A stretch of DNA of 52,623 bases, counting the filler, from Stramenopiles sp. TOSAG23-3 (lineage: Eukaryota), in NCBI GenBank assembly GCA_900128585.1. It is 4 parts of 4 records of this genome, joined end to end, with 100 filler letters (N's around TTAATTAATTAA, not from the genome) between each part and the next. Parts side by side here need not be neighbours in the genome. Positions count along the whole stretch, not along the records: positions 24,242 to 48,380 come from LT642311.1; positions 48,481 to 50,502 come from LT645149.1; 2 more parts are not named here. The stretch is one strand, 5' to 3'. Under the pieces are notes generated by a model, which saw only the letters and a program-made list of their open reading frames with translations, ran no database searches and was not told the origin of the DNA. The position numbers and the translations under genes were made by a program. Each line of letters begins with the position of its first letter. Positions within the stretch are counted from its first letter, which is position 1. Below, in pieces: positions 40,801 through 50,602 of this stretch.

Positions 40801-43800
40801 TTTGTTTTTCCCTTCTTTATAATCACCCATTCCCCCTTCTTAAAACACCCTGCGTTCTCTCCTCTTCCAAACAGTTGAATGTCACCGTGCAGATAATAGA
40901 GCAGCAAGTCGATGTTTCCTACCGCAAAAAAAATATAGTTGATCATCATGCAAAATTCAATATTATAAAAGTGGTCGGGTATCTCAAAAAACCTGTACGG
41001 GGTGTGTATCATCTCCTTAAACGTAAATATTCTCCCAGGTTCAGCAAACTGTGTGTATGGGTCAACTGTAGCAAACATTACCGCTGTTAGCAAAACAGAT
41101 GGGATAATAATGAAGATCTCTCTCAAAATTAACAGCACAAAGCTCACGCCATAACCTCGAAACTTTACGCAAACATAAAATATTGCAAGAGGGAGAAAGT
41201 TCAGCGTGGTTAATAGAAAGGCAATACAAGCACCAGCAAATCGTAAGTTAGGCCATGGGTCTGACGATTGTGTTTCTCTTCCTTCTGAAGGCTCAAATTT
41301 TACATTTTGAAACGATTTTGATTTGATGTCGTACGAAAATTCGTAATCCTCTCTCAAAGTGGATATCAGCTCGTCTGTTTCCACCTTTACTAGACCTTTT
41401 GAATCGCAGTAAGTATTATAGCGATCAACCAAAATGTTTAGTTTTATACTTCCAGCTTTTCTAATTTCAGCAACATGCTGCTGCAAGCGTTTTTGGTTTC
41501 CCAGGTTCCACGTCTTCATGGGCAAGCAAGGCAAAGAATGTATTAGCAGAAACGACTCTTTCTTTTTCTTCTTTTGAGAGTTTTCTTCCTCGTCTTCAAC
41601 GCTGGATTCGTCGGAATCACTGTCAGAGTCGCCGTAGCTGCTGCTGGCATCAGATTCCTCTTCGTCATCGCTGCCCTCTTCGCTGTCATCACCATCGTCA
41701 AGAATATCGTCTTCTCCAGCGCCAGTGTCAGCAACGACTGGTATATACTTGTATTGTAAAAACTTCCTGTTTGATCCATAACATTCGAGAAGGTAAAACA
41801 CTGCTAACCCGTACTGCACCAAAATATTTTGCTTTGAGTACCACTCGTTCTTGACTTTCCTTTCATCCAGAATTTCGTCTTCTAAAAAATTTCGTATGGA
41901 ATTTTTAAAATAGGGTGCCACAAATAAATGGTACCCAACGTCAGCAATTTCCCAAAAATTAAGGGGTTCGACGTAGTCGGCAGTTTCCCGCTCCCTCAAC
42001 AGCCACACTTTATCACAAAGCTCCAAGCACTTGTTTATTTTGACAATAACCTTGTCGTCAATCTTGCAATATGCCTTGTTAACTAAGTCGATAATTACCT
42101 TTGCAGATGCGTAGTCCTTGACGTACCCTTGCCGATTTTTTACAATTTCGTCCCCGAACTGCTCTTCGGCATCCACCCAAAACTTAAGGAACTGATTTTC
42201 ACCGACTGGGTCGGTTCGAGTTGGATCGATACTAGGAAATATCTGCAGTATGGTACGCGAATGATTTTCGTTTCGGTCTTTTTCGTCCTGCTTTTCCTTC
42301 TCTCTCTCTGGGTCGTTATTGAACATGCCAAACACGCCGCTCATAAGTCCACGTGACTTCGGCGAGTCCTTCCAATGATCGGGCGCGTTAGTGAAAAACG
42401 CAGTGTAAGTCTCAATAGAAGTCCTGTACTTGCTTCTTATTGCGTTTATGCGAGCAAATTGAGAGTGCAATTTCTCTAGTTTGGACATTTTTCTTCCCAT
42501 TTTTCTTATGGAACCACGAACGCAGCAACAATGGCAAAACGTGGACAAAATTCTGTCGCAGAGGTACCTACATTTTGTCGGGCAGTCTGACTCGATGACG
42601 TCGTCATCTTCGCCATCGTCGTCCTCAGCGTTAACTCCGATATGCCCCATTGATATTTTTCTATGGATTTTTGCCTTCTTCAATTCATTTCCGGACAATT
42701 TCTTAATCTGCTTCCTCAGGTCTTCTAAAGCTGGCTCAAAATATGAAATTGCACGCATTTCTTTCTCGCCTGCAGTTTTATCGACGACATTCCAAAACTG
42801 TTTTGAATCTTCTTCCATTGGGTCATCTCCGTCGTCTTCTCCGAGCTCCTTTGTTCTCCGTTTGATATTTTTTTCTAGCCTTACTTGTCCCTCCGTCAAA
42901 CTCAGCTTTCTTCGTTCGCGCAAAAACGCGTTGTATCGGTGAATCAGTACTCGCCGAAGGCTTGGAACAACCAGAAAGAACGACAGTGTTAAGTAAAACG
43001 CGATCAAAATGAATGTAAAGTACACAGTGGCGCCAGCTTCCCGGTTGCCTGGGAGTGATGATACAGGTTTGATCTGGTAAGTTCCGTCGCCTTGACGATT
43101 GTAGAGCGTAAGACCGATTGGGGTCCACGTTTTTGGGTCTAGGTAATTTGGGTCCCACTTGATCCCACTTGCTCGTTCAGCGACATCACCAGAATATTCT
43201 CCCAACCAAGATAGAACGCTCGTGGGGGCCCCGTCCGCTCTTTCTACTATGGCATCATGCACTGCCCCCATCTGTGCCCCTGAGAGCGTTGCATCTGGCA
43301 ACGATTCGACAGGGCAGTAACCCGGACTCAAACGCATAAATTTAACTGGCCCTTGTCTAGCACTGATCAACGAACCCGAAAACATAGACAACCGGTCGTT
43401 CCTAATAAGAATATATGGCGTTCGTGTAACGTAGACCCACAGTGACTCGCCCAATGCGGACGACTTACTCTTCATATTCAATCGTACGAGAACAGGGCTG
43501 TTTTTCTCTGCGTTTTCAAACCCCTTTATGTACTTTAAGTTCGTTGTGCCTACTCTATCAAAACGGAGTTGTTCCGATTTGTAGGCAAATCCCTGAAATG
43601 TTTGGTAGGGGGAGCAGAACCCCCAACCCTCTTCGTCTGCGAAAGTGCTGTTCGCCGTACAATTGCTGGGTCCATTCATGTACATATTTGATGAGCAAGA
43701 TCCATTGGATGGCTTGCTCAAATCACGTTCGTCGATCTGGCACCATGCTCGTTCCCCTTGGCCCTCTGTGGTACAATCCCAGTGTATTCGATTACTCGCA

Positions 43801-45635
43801 GCATCACGAAATGGAAATTTGCAACGTTTGCCAGAGATGGTTTTGCGAACGTTGTACATGTTGTCCCGCGTTGCGTTGTAATCAACAGCACTGAAGTAGA
43901 CGCCACCCTTTAGTGCATGAACAGAGAGCAATCTCACACTTTCGGTATCGCCATATTTGCAATTATCGTCCGCGGCGTTACACATCAATACTCTACCTTT
44001 GCAGGTACCCGACAACGGCTGGTCGCTTATCTTCGATGTATTGGAGGAGTTAGACTGTGTGACGTTTGGGGCCTCGCAATCATTTGCCTCAAGGGCAACA
44101 GCGTGGCTGGCGGCGCAGACTACACCTTCATTTTGAGAGTAAATGAACCTGGTAGAGGATAACATTGAGACCCGCACCGTCCCCCCGCATTCTTTTTCAC
44201 CCGTATCGCATTGCGATTTATTCGTTGGAATCAATATGCCTGGCTTGTCTCTGGCCCCTAAATCCACCCCAGTCTTTAGCCTGCTGGAAGCATTTGTTTC
44301 TTTCATCTCTTCCGGTATATCTTTCGGGAGCATATGCAAACCTTTTATATCAATGTGCCCCGATTCAAGCCTTACGTCGATATCTTTCACTTTTAAGTTG
44401 TTCATCTTTACTTCTGCCGTCGTTGCATTGATGGCCAACCTGTTTATTTCCAATTCCCAGCGCGGGCGGAGAGACTCCCCATCCATTACTCCCTCTGTTT
44501 TCTCCTCGTGTTTTTTTATTTTTATCGGGGGGTTAGACTTGGTGGCTACGATCGTAACGGATGAAAGGGGGTTATAAACCCAAACGGTTATCGAGCACGG
44601 GGATACCGACCCCACCGCTTCTTTTCCAGTGACCTGGACAGTGCTGTTGGGAAGTGGGTTTGGGCCTTTCCACCAGGATACCTCCTGTTTGAGAACTTTA
44701 CGGCCATTTGAAATGTCGTACGGGTTCACGTAGTCTGCACTCATACGCACGTAACTCCCGTCGTTATCCGGTATGTTTTGTACGAATGATATCATTGGCA
44801 AATGATACGAGTAATCGATGCAGTAATGATTAAGCCCAAAAATTTGGTTATTTGAATCAAACGTTTTTGTCAATTGATGGGTGCAATCGTTGCCTACCCC
44901 ATATCGAAAAAACAATCTCAACGTAGCCTCCAATATATTTGGAGGGGGTGCGCCCCACCAGTCTGAGCAAGAATACCCGGTGTTGTCGTCGCTGGGCTGA
45001 GTGGGTTTCAGATCCAGGCATCCCTGGGGGTAGTTGGGGACTGAGCCATTAAATGCTTCAGCATTGTTGATCGGTGGTATTCTCTTGAATTGTACGTCAC
45101 AGCCTTCTGATCGAATCACTAACGGGACAGTGTTGTGAACGAGGCCGACTGCGGTCACAGACCGGCCAGTTCCCAAATAAAACCATATTAGCATAAGCAC
45201 GAAGCCTACCATTCCAAAAAGGAGGGACGCCAAAACACAGTTAAAGGCCCGGTTTGAACGTGCGTCTTTGATCCATTTAATTTCGGGCAATGGGAACATT
45301 TGGAACGTGTCGGGACCCAGCTCAACATTGTGTCTTTTGTACACAAAGTGTGGCCCTGCCTTTTTGTCTTCGGTCTGTCCTTCTTCTTCTTGGAAGCTTT
45401 CTTCCTGGGCATTTGTTGACTTACTATTACCGTATTGCCCCATCTCTATGTCACCATCACTATGTGCCGCTATTTGTTTCGCAACCTTATTGCTTTTACG
45501 GCGTTTAGGGGGAGAGGTTTGTTTTCTGCCATAGAGCGGGTTGGTAAAAGGGAGTTTCTCTGGGGGGGGAGAAGTATAACCAGGCGGGGGTGGTGGTGGT
45601 GGTGACGCTTTGGGGGATGGGGGTGGACCCGACAT
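37842..45635 (-). CDS. Uncharacterised 2597-aa polytopic membrane protein with Cys-rich ectodomain (fibronectin type II-like module) and EF-hand pair
   Basis: Single 7.8-kb ORF with a Pro-rich N-terminus and at least 8 hydrophobic segments. Fn2-like TISGKRCKFPF...HWDCTTEG...AWCQ...WGFC (about 43614-43844). EF-hand loops DTSGDGEVDFGEF and DSNGSGTLNMKEF (about 38145-38300). Confidence 0.85.
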   Translation of the reverse strand: MSGPPPSPKASPPPPPPPGYTSPPPEKLPFTNPLYGRKQTSPPKRRKSNKVAKQIAAHSDGDIEMGQYGNSKSTNAQEESFQEEEGQTEDKKAGPHFVYKRHNVELGPDTFQMFPLPEIKWIKDARSNRAFNCVLASLLFGMVGFVLMLIWFYLGTGRSVTAVGLVHNTVPLVIRSEGCDVQFKRIPPINNAEAFNGSVPNYPQGCLDLKPTQPSDDNTGYSCSDWWGAPPPNILEATLRLFFRYGVGNDCTHQLTKTFDSNNQIFGLNHYCIDYSYHLPMISFVQNIPDNDGSYVRMSADYVNPYDISNGRKVLKQEVSWWKGPNPLPNSTVQVTGKEAVGSVSPCSITVWVYNPLSSVTIVATKSNPPIKIKKHEEKTEGVMDGESLRPRWELEINRLAINATTAEVKMNNLKVKDIDVRLESGHIDIKGLHMLPKDIPEEMKETNASSRLKTGVDLGARDKPGILIPTNKSQCDTGEKECGGTVRVSMLSSTRFIYSQNEGVVCAASHAVALEANDCEAPNVTQSNSSNTSKISDQPLSGTCKGRVLMCNAADDNCKYGDTESVRLLSVHALKGGVYFSAVDYNATRDNMYNVRKTISGKRCKFPFRDAASNRIHWDCTTEGQGERAWCQIDERDLSKPSNGSCSSNMYMNGPSNCTANSTFADEEGWGFCSPYQTFQGFAYKSEQLRFDRVGTTNLKYIKGFENAEKNSPVLVRLNMKSKSSALGESLWVYVTRTPYILIRNDRLSMFSGSLISARQGPVKFMRLSPGYCPVESLPDATLSGAQMGAVHDAIVERADGAPTSVLSWLGEYSGDVAERASGIKWDPNYLDPKTWTPIGLTLYNRQGDGTYQIKPVSSLPGNREAGATVYFTFILIAFYLTLSFFLVVPSLRRVLIHRYNAFLRERRKLSLTEGQVRLEKNIKRRTKELGEDDGDDPMEEDSKQFWNVVDKTAGEKEMRAISYFEPALEDLRKQIKKLSGNELKKAKIHRKISMGHIGVNAEDDDGEDDDVIESDCPTKCRYLCDRILSTFCHCCCVRGSIRKMGRKMSKLEKLHSQFARINAIRSKYRTSIETYTAFFTNAPDHWKDSPKSRGLMSGVFGMFNNDPEREKEKQDEKDRNENHSRTILQIFPSIDPTRTDPVGENQFLKFWVDAEEQFGDEIVKNRQGYVKDYASAKVIIDLVNKAYCKIDDKVIVKINKCLELCDKVWLLRERETADYVEPLNFWEIADVGYHLFVAPYFKNSIRNFLEDEILDERKVKNEWYSKQNILVQYGLAVFYLLECYGSNRKFLQYKYIPVVADTGAGEDDILDDGDDSEEGSDDEEESDASSSYGDSDSDSDESSVEDEEENSQKKKKKESFLLIHSLPCLPMKTWNLGNQKRLQQHVAEIRKAGSIKLNILVDRYNTYCDSKGLVKVETDELISTLREDYEFSYDIKSKSFQNVKFEPSEGRETQSSDPWPNLRFAGACIAFLLTTLNFLPLAIFYVCVKFRGYGVSFVLLILREIFIIIPSVLLTAVMFATVDPYTQFAEPGRIFTFKEMIHTPYRFFEIPDHFYNIEFCMMINYIFFAVGNIDLLLYYLHGDIQLFGRGENAGCFKKGEWVIIKKGKTNKGALGTFLMFMKLLCQCRKKVSNDSADKKSKSKIFKIQDVNITRDGKVKNYVVVEANRTDFFPCVSASEEDSQTQTHVYKKLQAVQPPQLVNWFHALVHFLFLVLLNFILSLVVAYVGMVLSWWVLGAIIQPERTLAFASTVLVMVGAIKAMFSDFDKQRDKLMKKLEHCVSDFIATLLQQSQQIAGAGKEKLAKAMPKLPPVFAGVDMTATEIFKALQTEKGQLVLCMKAIDNAIVMKLGNEGLKDPRVAYLKDFVACAAQSERDDQLVAFRALAIKVVVNHCCGPETDKKKVNVVVLLAGACFASDSLNARDTIGKLGHAIVPLVRPGNNPHMASFVRFTTWFMKICADDMKTFTATKDKLVSFLQTAMTALNKPPEVKKSSRTKEQSSTGATGLKMPSRVSFGLEDVLVACLMFVSFNSIKNMLMVEAFKLKNKVSKKFRRGSAVIMNSVKNLFTIDILYSCDEQFSKLIKLLVASKGKQTKQILVCQEKIINIIIDQLLAVIGVNAGTKEEKETKEKYRPVIAKLLKICGLSWNRVFNSNTPSKKPKDDKGVSTMVDEATDLIKSVMRIAPIDQFNPTTRAVSLVPGETGKLTRALLNQIKKDEKEEDEKEGDEEDADLRRMRKMKRLLHYFVNSLLIFEDQTKGTSGIPPIRKILFSSDKSNAFVNDARNKMIAGRPSEIVWDGPNGGIQIIKAEYTQRAIAFLKQALQAYCPQIAAKLPRGQPKSAGSAPEKEAMDGKKSKMTRAIELAKLASKLPASKEKLPKKLTVMVEQLVDIIFDDNPEMKGKAMQIIDGGKKVMAVVEKSRTSKTMKSKSVSKEEKYKTMFKQVDTSGDGEVDFGEFVALCNENLKLNLSTQRCKALFAKSDSNGSGTLNMKEFEKCMKLLEKEITKASLAKIGLTEATMYPAIAGILIWLLCILIFVLMGFSAFTEGTAFGAGIGGVMPLLAGKSAGLKDMISKINVNELVEKTLKEDFQNES

Positions 45636-46791
45636 GAGTGCAAGTGCAAATGTCAGGTAAATGCTTTTAAACGGGCACTGTTTAGCACAAGATACGATTG
45701 ATTATGGTAAGTATTTACGTTCTCGTCTCAGAACTGCACCCTGGAAAAATACAAAGGATTGTCACCGCACTCCATTTCTCTTTACTTTACTAATTCAATG
45801 CACGGTTTCTATCTAAAAAACAACCACAACAAATAATTATATCATACATAGCAGTAATAATAATATATTTTTTTATTATTAAAAGCCCAAACCACCCATA
45901 CATATAATAATTATTTGTTTTATGACGCTGCTGCTGCTCCTCTCTTGAACATAAACATAAAATTGATTATAAATTCTTTTTCTTCTTTTTGTGATATGTT
46001 TGGAGAATCACAAAAAAAGATATTGTCATTGTTGGAACAAATCCATACAGGAAGTCACAAGGACCATGTGGCCTAGAAAACATAGACACAACATTTCGTT
46101 GTTAATACTTTAAAATATAGTTAGTAATAATATGAAAGGAGGCTATAATACAATTCGACTGGTGCAGTTTGGAGAGGGGCAGGCGAGGCTGGATGGATGG
46201 CAAAAAGCAGTACTGAATACTGAATCTGGAGAAACGACTACGGGACTAGCTAAGTAGAAAAGCCGAGAAGTCAGAGCAGCAGACGGTCTGGTTCTTCATA
46301 ACATAAACATAGCATTACAACTTTGTTATACATAAGAGTAATATTATTTCATCATCTGGTTCAAGTTGTTTTGTACGCATTTAACGTTATCTGCTTGGAA
46401 CAATTGAAGATGGCAGACGGTTTTTGTCCCCTTTCTCCTTGTGGCCTGCTGCTACGTACGTAGTAATAAATAATAATAATAAGATTTTCTTTATTTTTAA
46501 TATTGATGAAGAATATAGACACAGCACCAGGATCAATATAAAAAATTGTATTAATAACAAAAAAAAAAATTATTATCGAATCTTTTCTCTATTATTAGTC
46601 TATTATATACCTTGGTACTACTCCCAAAATTAGCCACAACAATTAAGACTTGTCCCTTCGGGAAATAAATACTGTGTCGCTTCGCGAAATATTGATTGTA
46701 AGTAATTACATACTGCTTACTAGTACATCGGATCGACAATGTCTTCATTTCCAAAGGGACGAATCTTCAGTTTGCTTATTTGGGCATCGTC

Positions 46792-47535
46792 TCAAAACCG
46801 TTCGTGGTTTCGAAGAAATCGCCAATGGCCCAAGGGCAGTTTTCCCAAACTTACCCTTCCAATACGGACCCTTTGGAGTTGCAGCACGCTCAAGCCAACG
46901 AGCTCGCACATTTTTCTTATCTGCCGCTTCTTTCCTTCCTTCAGCACAAACCTCAACTGGTCTTCATTCTGCCATCTCACGTCCGCCTTCTTCAGCGGCT
47001 TCCCGTACAACACAATTCGCCCATTCCTCAACGCGTCCATTCCGTTTTCCGTCAATTGCCCTTTCACCTTTACCAAGTACTCTTTCTCGATGGAGTTGTC
47101 TGCTCCGATGAGCCGTTTCGCGACTGTCCCGTCCTGGGTCAAAACTAACATTCCCGTGGATTCGATGTCTAGCCGCCCGGCCGGTGCAAACCCCTTTCTG
47201 TCCAACATGAAGTTGTTCGTTTGGGTGTCCAATTTGGGCCAAAAATTCTCAGGGAGCAACAACGACGTTGCGTTCGAGTAAAACTTGTTGTCGTCCGAGT
47301 GCGATACAAACCCTACGGGCTTGTTCAAAAGAATGGTCCGTCTCTTGCTCTGAATTCGCTTCCCAGCCTCCACCAGCTCTACTCTTTGATGTCTATAAAC
47401 TTTCTCCCCAAGCGTATTTACAACTTTACCATCCACCAACACCAGGCCTTTGCTAATCAGGCGGTCGCCTTCCCGCCTTGAGCAAAGGTCAAGCTCCGAT
47501 AAACGTTTCGATAACCGAACTTTTTCCCCACCCAT
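46792..47535 (-). CDS. RsuA-family rRNA pseudouridine synthase (RluF/RluB-like) with S4 domain
   Basis: S4 domain RLSKRLSELDLCSRREGDRLI, LLNKPVGFVS, catalytic AGRLDIESTG, EKEYLV, EGKKRQIRKM, RVRIG. First ATG at 47535. Confidence 0.92.
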   Translation of the reverse strand: MGGEKVRLSKRLSELDLCSRREGDRLISKGLVLVDGKVVNTLGEKVYRHQRVELVEAGKRIQSKRRTILLNKPVGFVSHSDDNKFYSNATSLLLPENFWPKLDTQTNNFMLDRKGFAPAGRLDIESTGMLVLTQDGTVAKRLIGADNSIEKEYLVKVKGQLTENGMDALRNGRIVLYGKPLKKADVRWQNEDQLRFVLKEGKKRQIRKMCELVGLSVLQLQRVRIGRVSLGKLPLGHWRFLRNHERF

Positions 47536-48380
47536 TTTATTGTTTACGAGCGACGAATTCAAAAATAAGCTGCGAGGGAGTGGGGGGGGAGGTAGTGGAC
47601 GAGAGGTTTATATAGGTATGTATATATAACTGTGTTGTTTTGCATATATTTCTTTCTTTACAACATTTATATTATGTACTTAGATGACATATATACAAAA
47701 GAATACACATATTTTTTATACAAAATCTACGTGTGTATAGTCTCAAGTATACACATTCAATTTATTATTATTATTATTTTTTTTTTTGTGACGACTCGTC
47801 GTTCGTCCGACGCACATGGTACGGTAGACTACAAAATATTAATACATAATGGTATGGTACCCTTGGAGGCCCTAAATCGGTCCGAAACGCGTAAGTTTTG
47901 ATGCTACTCCCATGCTATTTTCTGGATATTTTCTACGTAAGTAAAAATAACGGTGCTCTGTACCTGTATTTTGGTACGTTTTCCCTTAAAACAGGAAATT
48001 ATCCATTTTCTTTTTATTATTTTTTATTATAACAGAAGATAATGGGTAACCCTTTTGGGGAGACCTTTGGGAATTCCCCACTGACAGTTCCCTGTAGATG
48101 TTCTTAGTTTACTATGGGAATTTGACGGATATGATTGCCTGCCGCAGGCAGTCCGTCAAATGCGAATATTTTGGCTATTTCTTGACGAAAGTTGTTGGTT
48201 TATGGCTCTATATGCAGCTTCAGCGCCCCTGCGGGGCGTTGGGGACGCCGCCGCCGCCGCCTTTCACACCCAAAAGCGTCTACGACAAGAGTAACAAAAC
48301 TTACGTGTCTAAAAGTGCTCAAAACGGGAAAATTGCTACTTTTGACGCTGAATTGTGAATGTTAAATGAAAACCAACAAT

Positions 48381-48480
48381 NNNNNNNNNNNNNNNNNNNN
48401 NNNNNNNNNNNNNNNNNNNNNNNNTTAATTAATTAANNNNNNNNNNNNNNNNNNNNNNNNNNNNNNNNNNNNNNNNNNNN
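48381..48480. other. Artificial contig-concatenation linker
   Basis: N44-TTAATTAATTAA-N44. Confidence 0.98.
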
Positions 48481-49221
48481 TTGGCTGAAGCCATCGAGGA
48501 TCCTTTCGGGCCCTAGCTTATTATACCAATAAACTCAAACGTCTTGTGATCATTATAAAAAATAAATAATAATAAAAAAATTTAAAAAAAAACAATTATT
48601 AATTATTAGGAGTCGTAGTTGTTACACCGTTTGTACTGTTACTGGTAGGATTTAATGGTCGTCAGCAACTTCCTTATATGCAGTTAATATCATCAAATAT
48701 AAATCACAAAATTACCTGTAAATCCGGTGAACTCTCAGAATAAAGAATATTACTATTACGTACCAAGTACTATATATGTACGGTAAAAATAGAATTTTTG
48801 GTGTATTGTTTATTGTAATGTTTTAATGCTGTGTGTTGTTTTATACTTTTACTACAGAGTTGTACTCCAGCAGTCAGTGTTTCTGTACGATACACCACTA
48901 AAAATAAGTACAAATATAATAAATATTATAATATATAGTAGAAAGGAAAGAAAAAAAGGGCAAAAAAAGTCAAAATAATAATAGTCGAACAAATAAAAAA
49001 TACACTGCCATCAGAAACCTTTTGGAGGTATTACTGAATTGTTCACTTTATAAAAACTCGCAGCAACTTAGGGATACTTGTGAGTGAGGTGAAAATTACC
49101 AACAGTGCTGAGATCACATCTACAGATATTGGTGTGAGCAAGGTGAAACGAGATATCCCGTCACTGCAACCGTCCTAATTTCTGTGGGCATATTTGAGGT
49201 TGAGGACCACACGTAGTTGCA

Positions 49222-49695
49222 ATGGTTGAAAGCAGTTACTATAAACAAGCCAACGGTGCAAAGCCGAGTCGTCAAGAAAAAATCAGTAGTAGATACGAAG
49301 AAAAAGCGAGGCATATTTCCTCTCAATTGCGTCTAATGAATCGAATATTGGACTGTTTGCTGCTTGGCCCGCAACAAAAAATTAAACGGACAAAGCCACA
49401 GAAAAGAAAACGGCTTTACAAGTCATTTTTGATGCGGTTGAATGAACTTCTCATGGACGGCGAGGTTATATGGGAGTCCGACACTGTGTTTTGTGTACGC
49501 AGAGAAACCGTTGAGCAACATTTTTCAGACTTGTCAAAACCAACGTATTCATTCAAGCGGACAATGAAAAACCACGGCTTTACGCTAGAAGAGAGGTCAA
49601 CGAGGAATTTGTTTGTTATCAGCAACAGTCATATGCATAGAAAATATAGCTCTGTGTTAACAAGCATTTCGTCTGTGCTGGGGAAGACACCGTGA
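49222..49695 (+). CDS. Small protein with a divergent HSF-type DNA-binding domain
   Basis: SFLMRLNELL..VIWESDTVFCV...YSFKRTMKNHGF...FVISN parallels the HSF pattern FLxKLxxLV..I.W...F.V...SFVRQLNMYGF. A basic NLS-like KRTKPQKRKR precedes it. Confidence 0.55.
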   Translation: MVESSYYKQANGAKPSRQEKISSRYEEKARHISSQLRLMNRILDCLLLGPQQKIKRTKPQKRKRLYKSFLMRLNELLMDGEVIWESDTVFCVRRETVEQHFSDLSKPTYSFKRTMKNHGFTLEERSTRNLFVISNSHMHRKYSSVLTSISSVLGKTP

Positions 49696-49924
49696 GTGGA
49701 TATCACTGTGCTGAACGCGAAAGAGTGTGTGTATACGTGTATCTAAAGTGTTTCTATGATTGATAATTTAATGTTTTCTTTTTAATATTAACATTCTACC
49801 TGCGCTCGTAAACTTGTACGTGACTGCAAAAAAAGAAAAAAACTTTTTGCAGCTAAGCGTTGAGCAAGAACAGCTCAGGGGTTTGCCTACTCGTTGGAAA
49901 AAATATTGTCAAGCGAACTACCGC

Positions 49925-50329
49925 TCAGGTGGAGGGAAGCAGCGAATTCTTCCTGTTGCCGCGAATCAGTTCCATTGCGGCGTATAAGTGCATTGTATCT
50001 GCAAGGATCTCTTTGGTGGTAAAAAGCGTCAAGGCTCGGTTGATTTTCTCTTTCTTTTGGACAGGAATCAGTACCTGCGAGGGAAACGTACGGAATCGAA
50101 CGTAACAATATTCCGCAATGGATATTAAATCCAGCGTAATACCCAGAAATATGAAAATCAGGACGTGAGAAAATTCACTGTTCCAGACGTCCAAACGGGA
50201 CGCTTGATACAGATTTAGCAACGATAAGCCCATTTCAACGAGCTCTAAAAAAATCATCAGTTTGTCCCAGTAGTATGGATGATTTCGATCGCTTGACTTT
50301 GCCTTGATGAATTTGATTTTTTCCTTCAT
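49925..50329 (-). CDS. Hypothetical membrane protein (two hydrophobic segments), possibly the last exon of a truncated gene
   Basis: About 134-aa ORF with LMIFLELVEMGLSLLNLY and VLIFIFLGITLDLISIA. It lies near the contig end and no family was recognised. Confidence 0.35.
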   Translation of the reverse strand: MKEKIKFIKAKSSDRNHPYYWDKLMIFLELVEMGLSLLNLYQASRLDVWNSEFSHVLIFIFLGITLDLISIAEYCYVRFRTFPSQVLIPVQKKEKINRALTLFTTKEILADTMHLYAAMELIRGNRKNSLLPST

Positions 50330-50502
50330 CAATCTCTAGTGCCCTCTGCTCTGGTGACATAGCATCTGATAGACAACGTGCGATGGAAGGATAACATAAA
50401 CACAGCATTATATTTTCAATTGATATACATCTATATTTAGTATACGATATATATAATATTGTTGATAGGAAAATATATTTGAATGAACATTTAACATAAT
50501 CA

Positions 50503-50602
50503 NNNNNNNNNNNNNNNNNNNNNNNNNNNNNNNNNNNNNNNNNNNNTTAATTAATTAANNNNNNNNNNNNNNNNNNNNNNNNNNNNNNNNNNNNNNNNNN
50601 NN
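50503..50602. other. Artificial contig-concatenation linker
   Basis: N44-TTAATTAATTAA-N44. Confidence 0.98.

Noticed and set aside
46255-46275. U2 snRNA-like CTTCTCGGC on the minus strand
   Set aside because: The similarity stops after about 10 nt, with no GTGTAGTA branch-recognition sequence or Sm site.
31281-47535. A bacterial operon or contaminant containing the PLP enzyme, nrdJ and the pseudouridine synthase
   Set aside because: These genes are interleaved with clearly eukaryotic genes on one contig and lie on mixed strands with long AT-rich spacers. Two of them carry presequences and the host 3' motif.
24142-50602. Three TTAATTAATTAA palindromes as a biological repeat, and gene neighbourhoods across them
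   Set aside because: Each is centred in an identical 100-nt N linker used to concatenate contigs, so adjacency across linkers is artificial.
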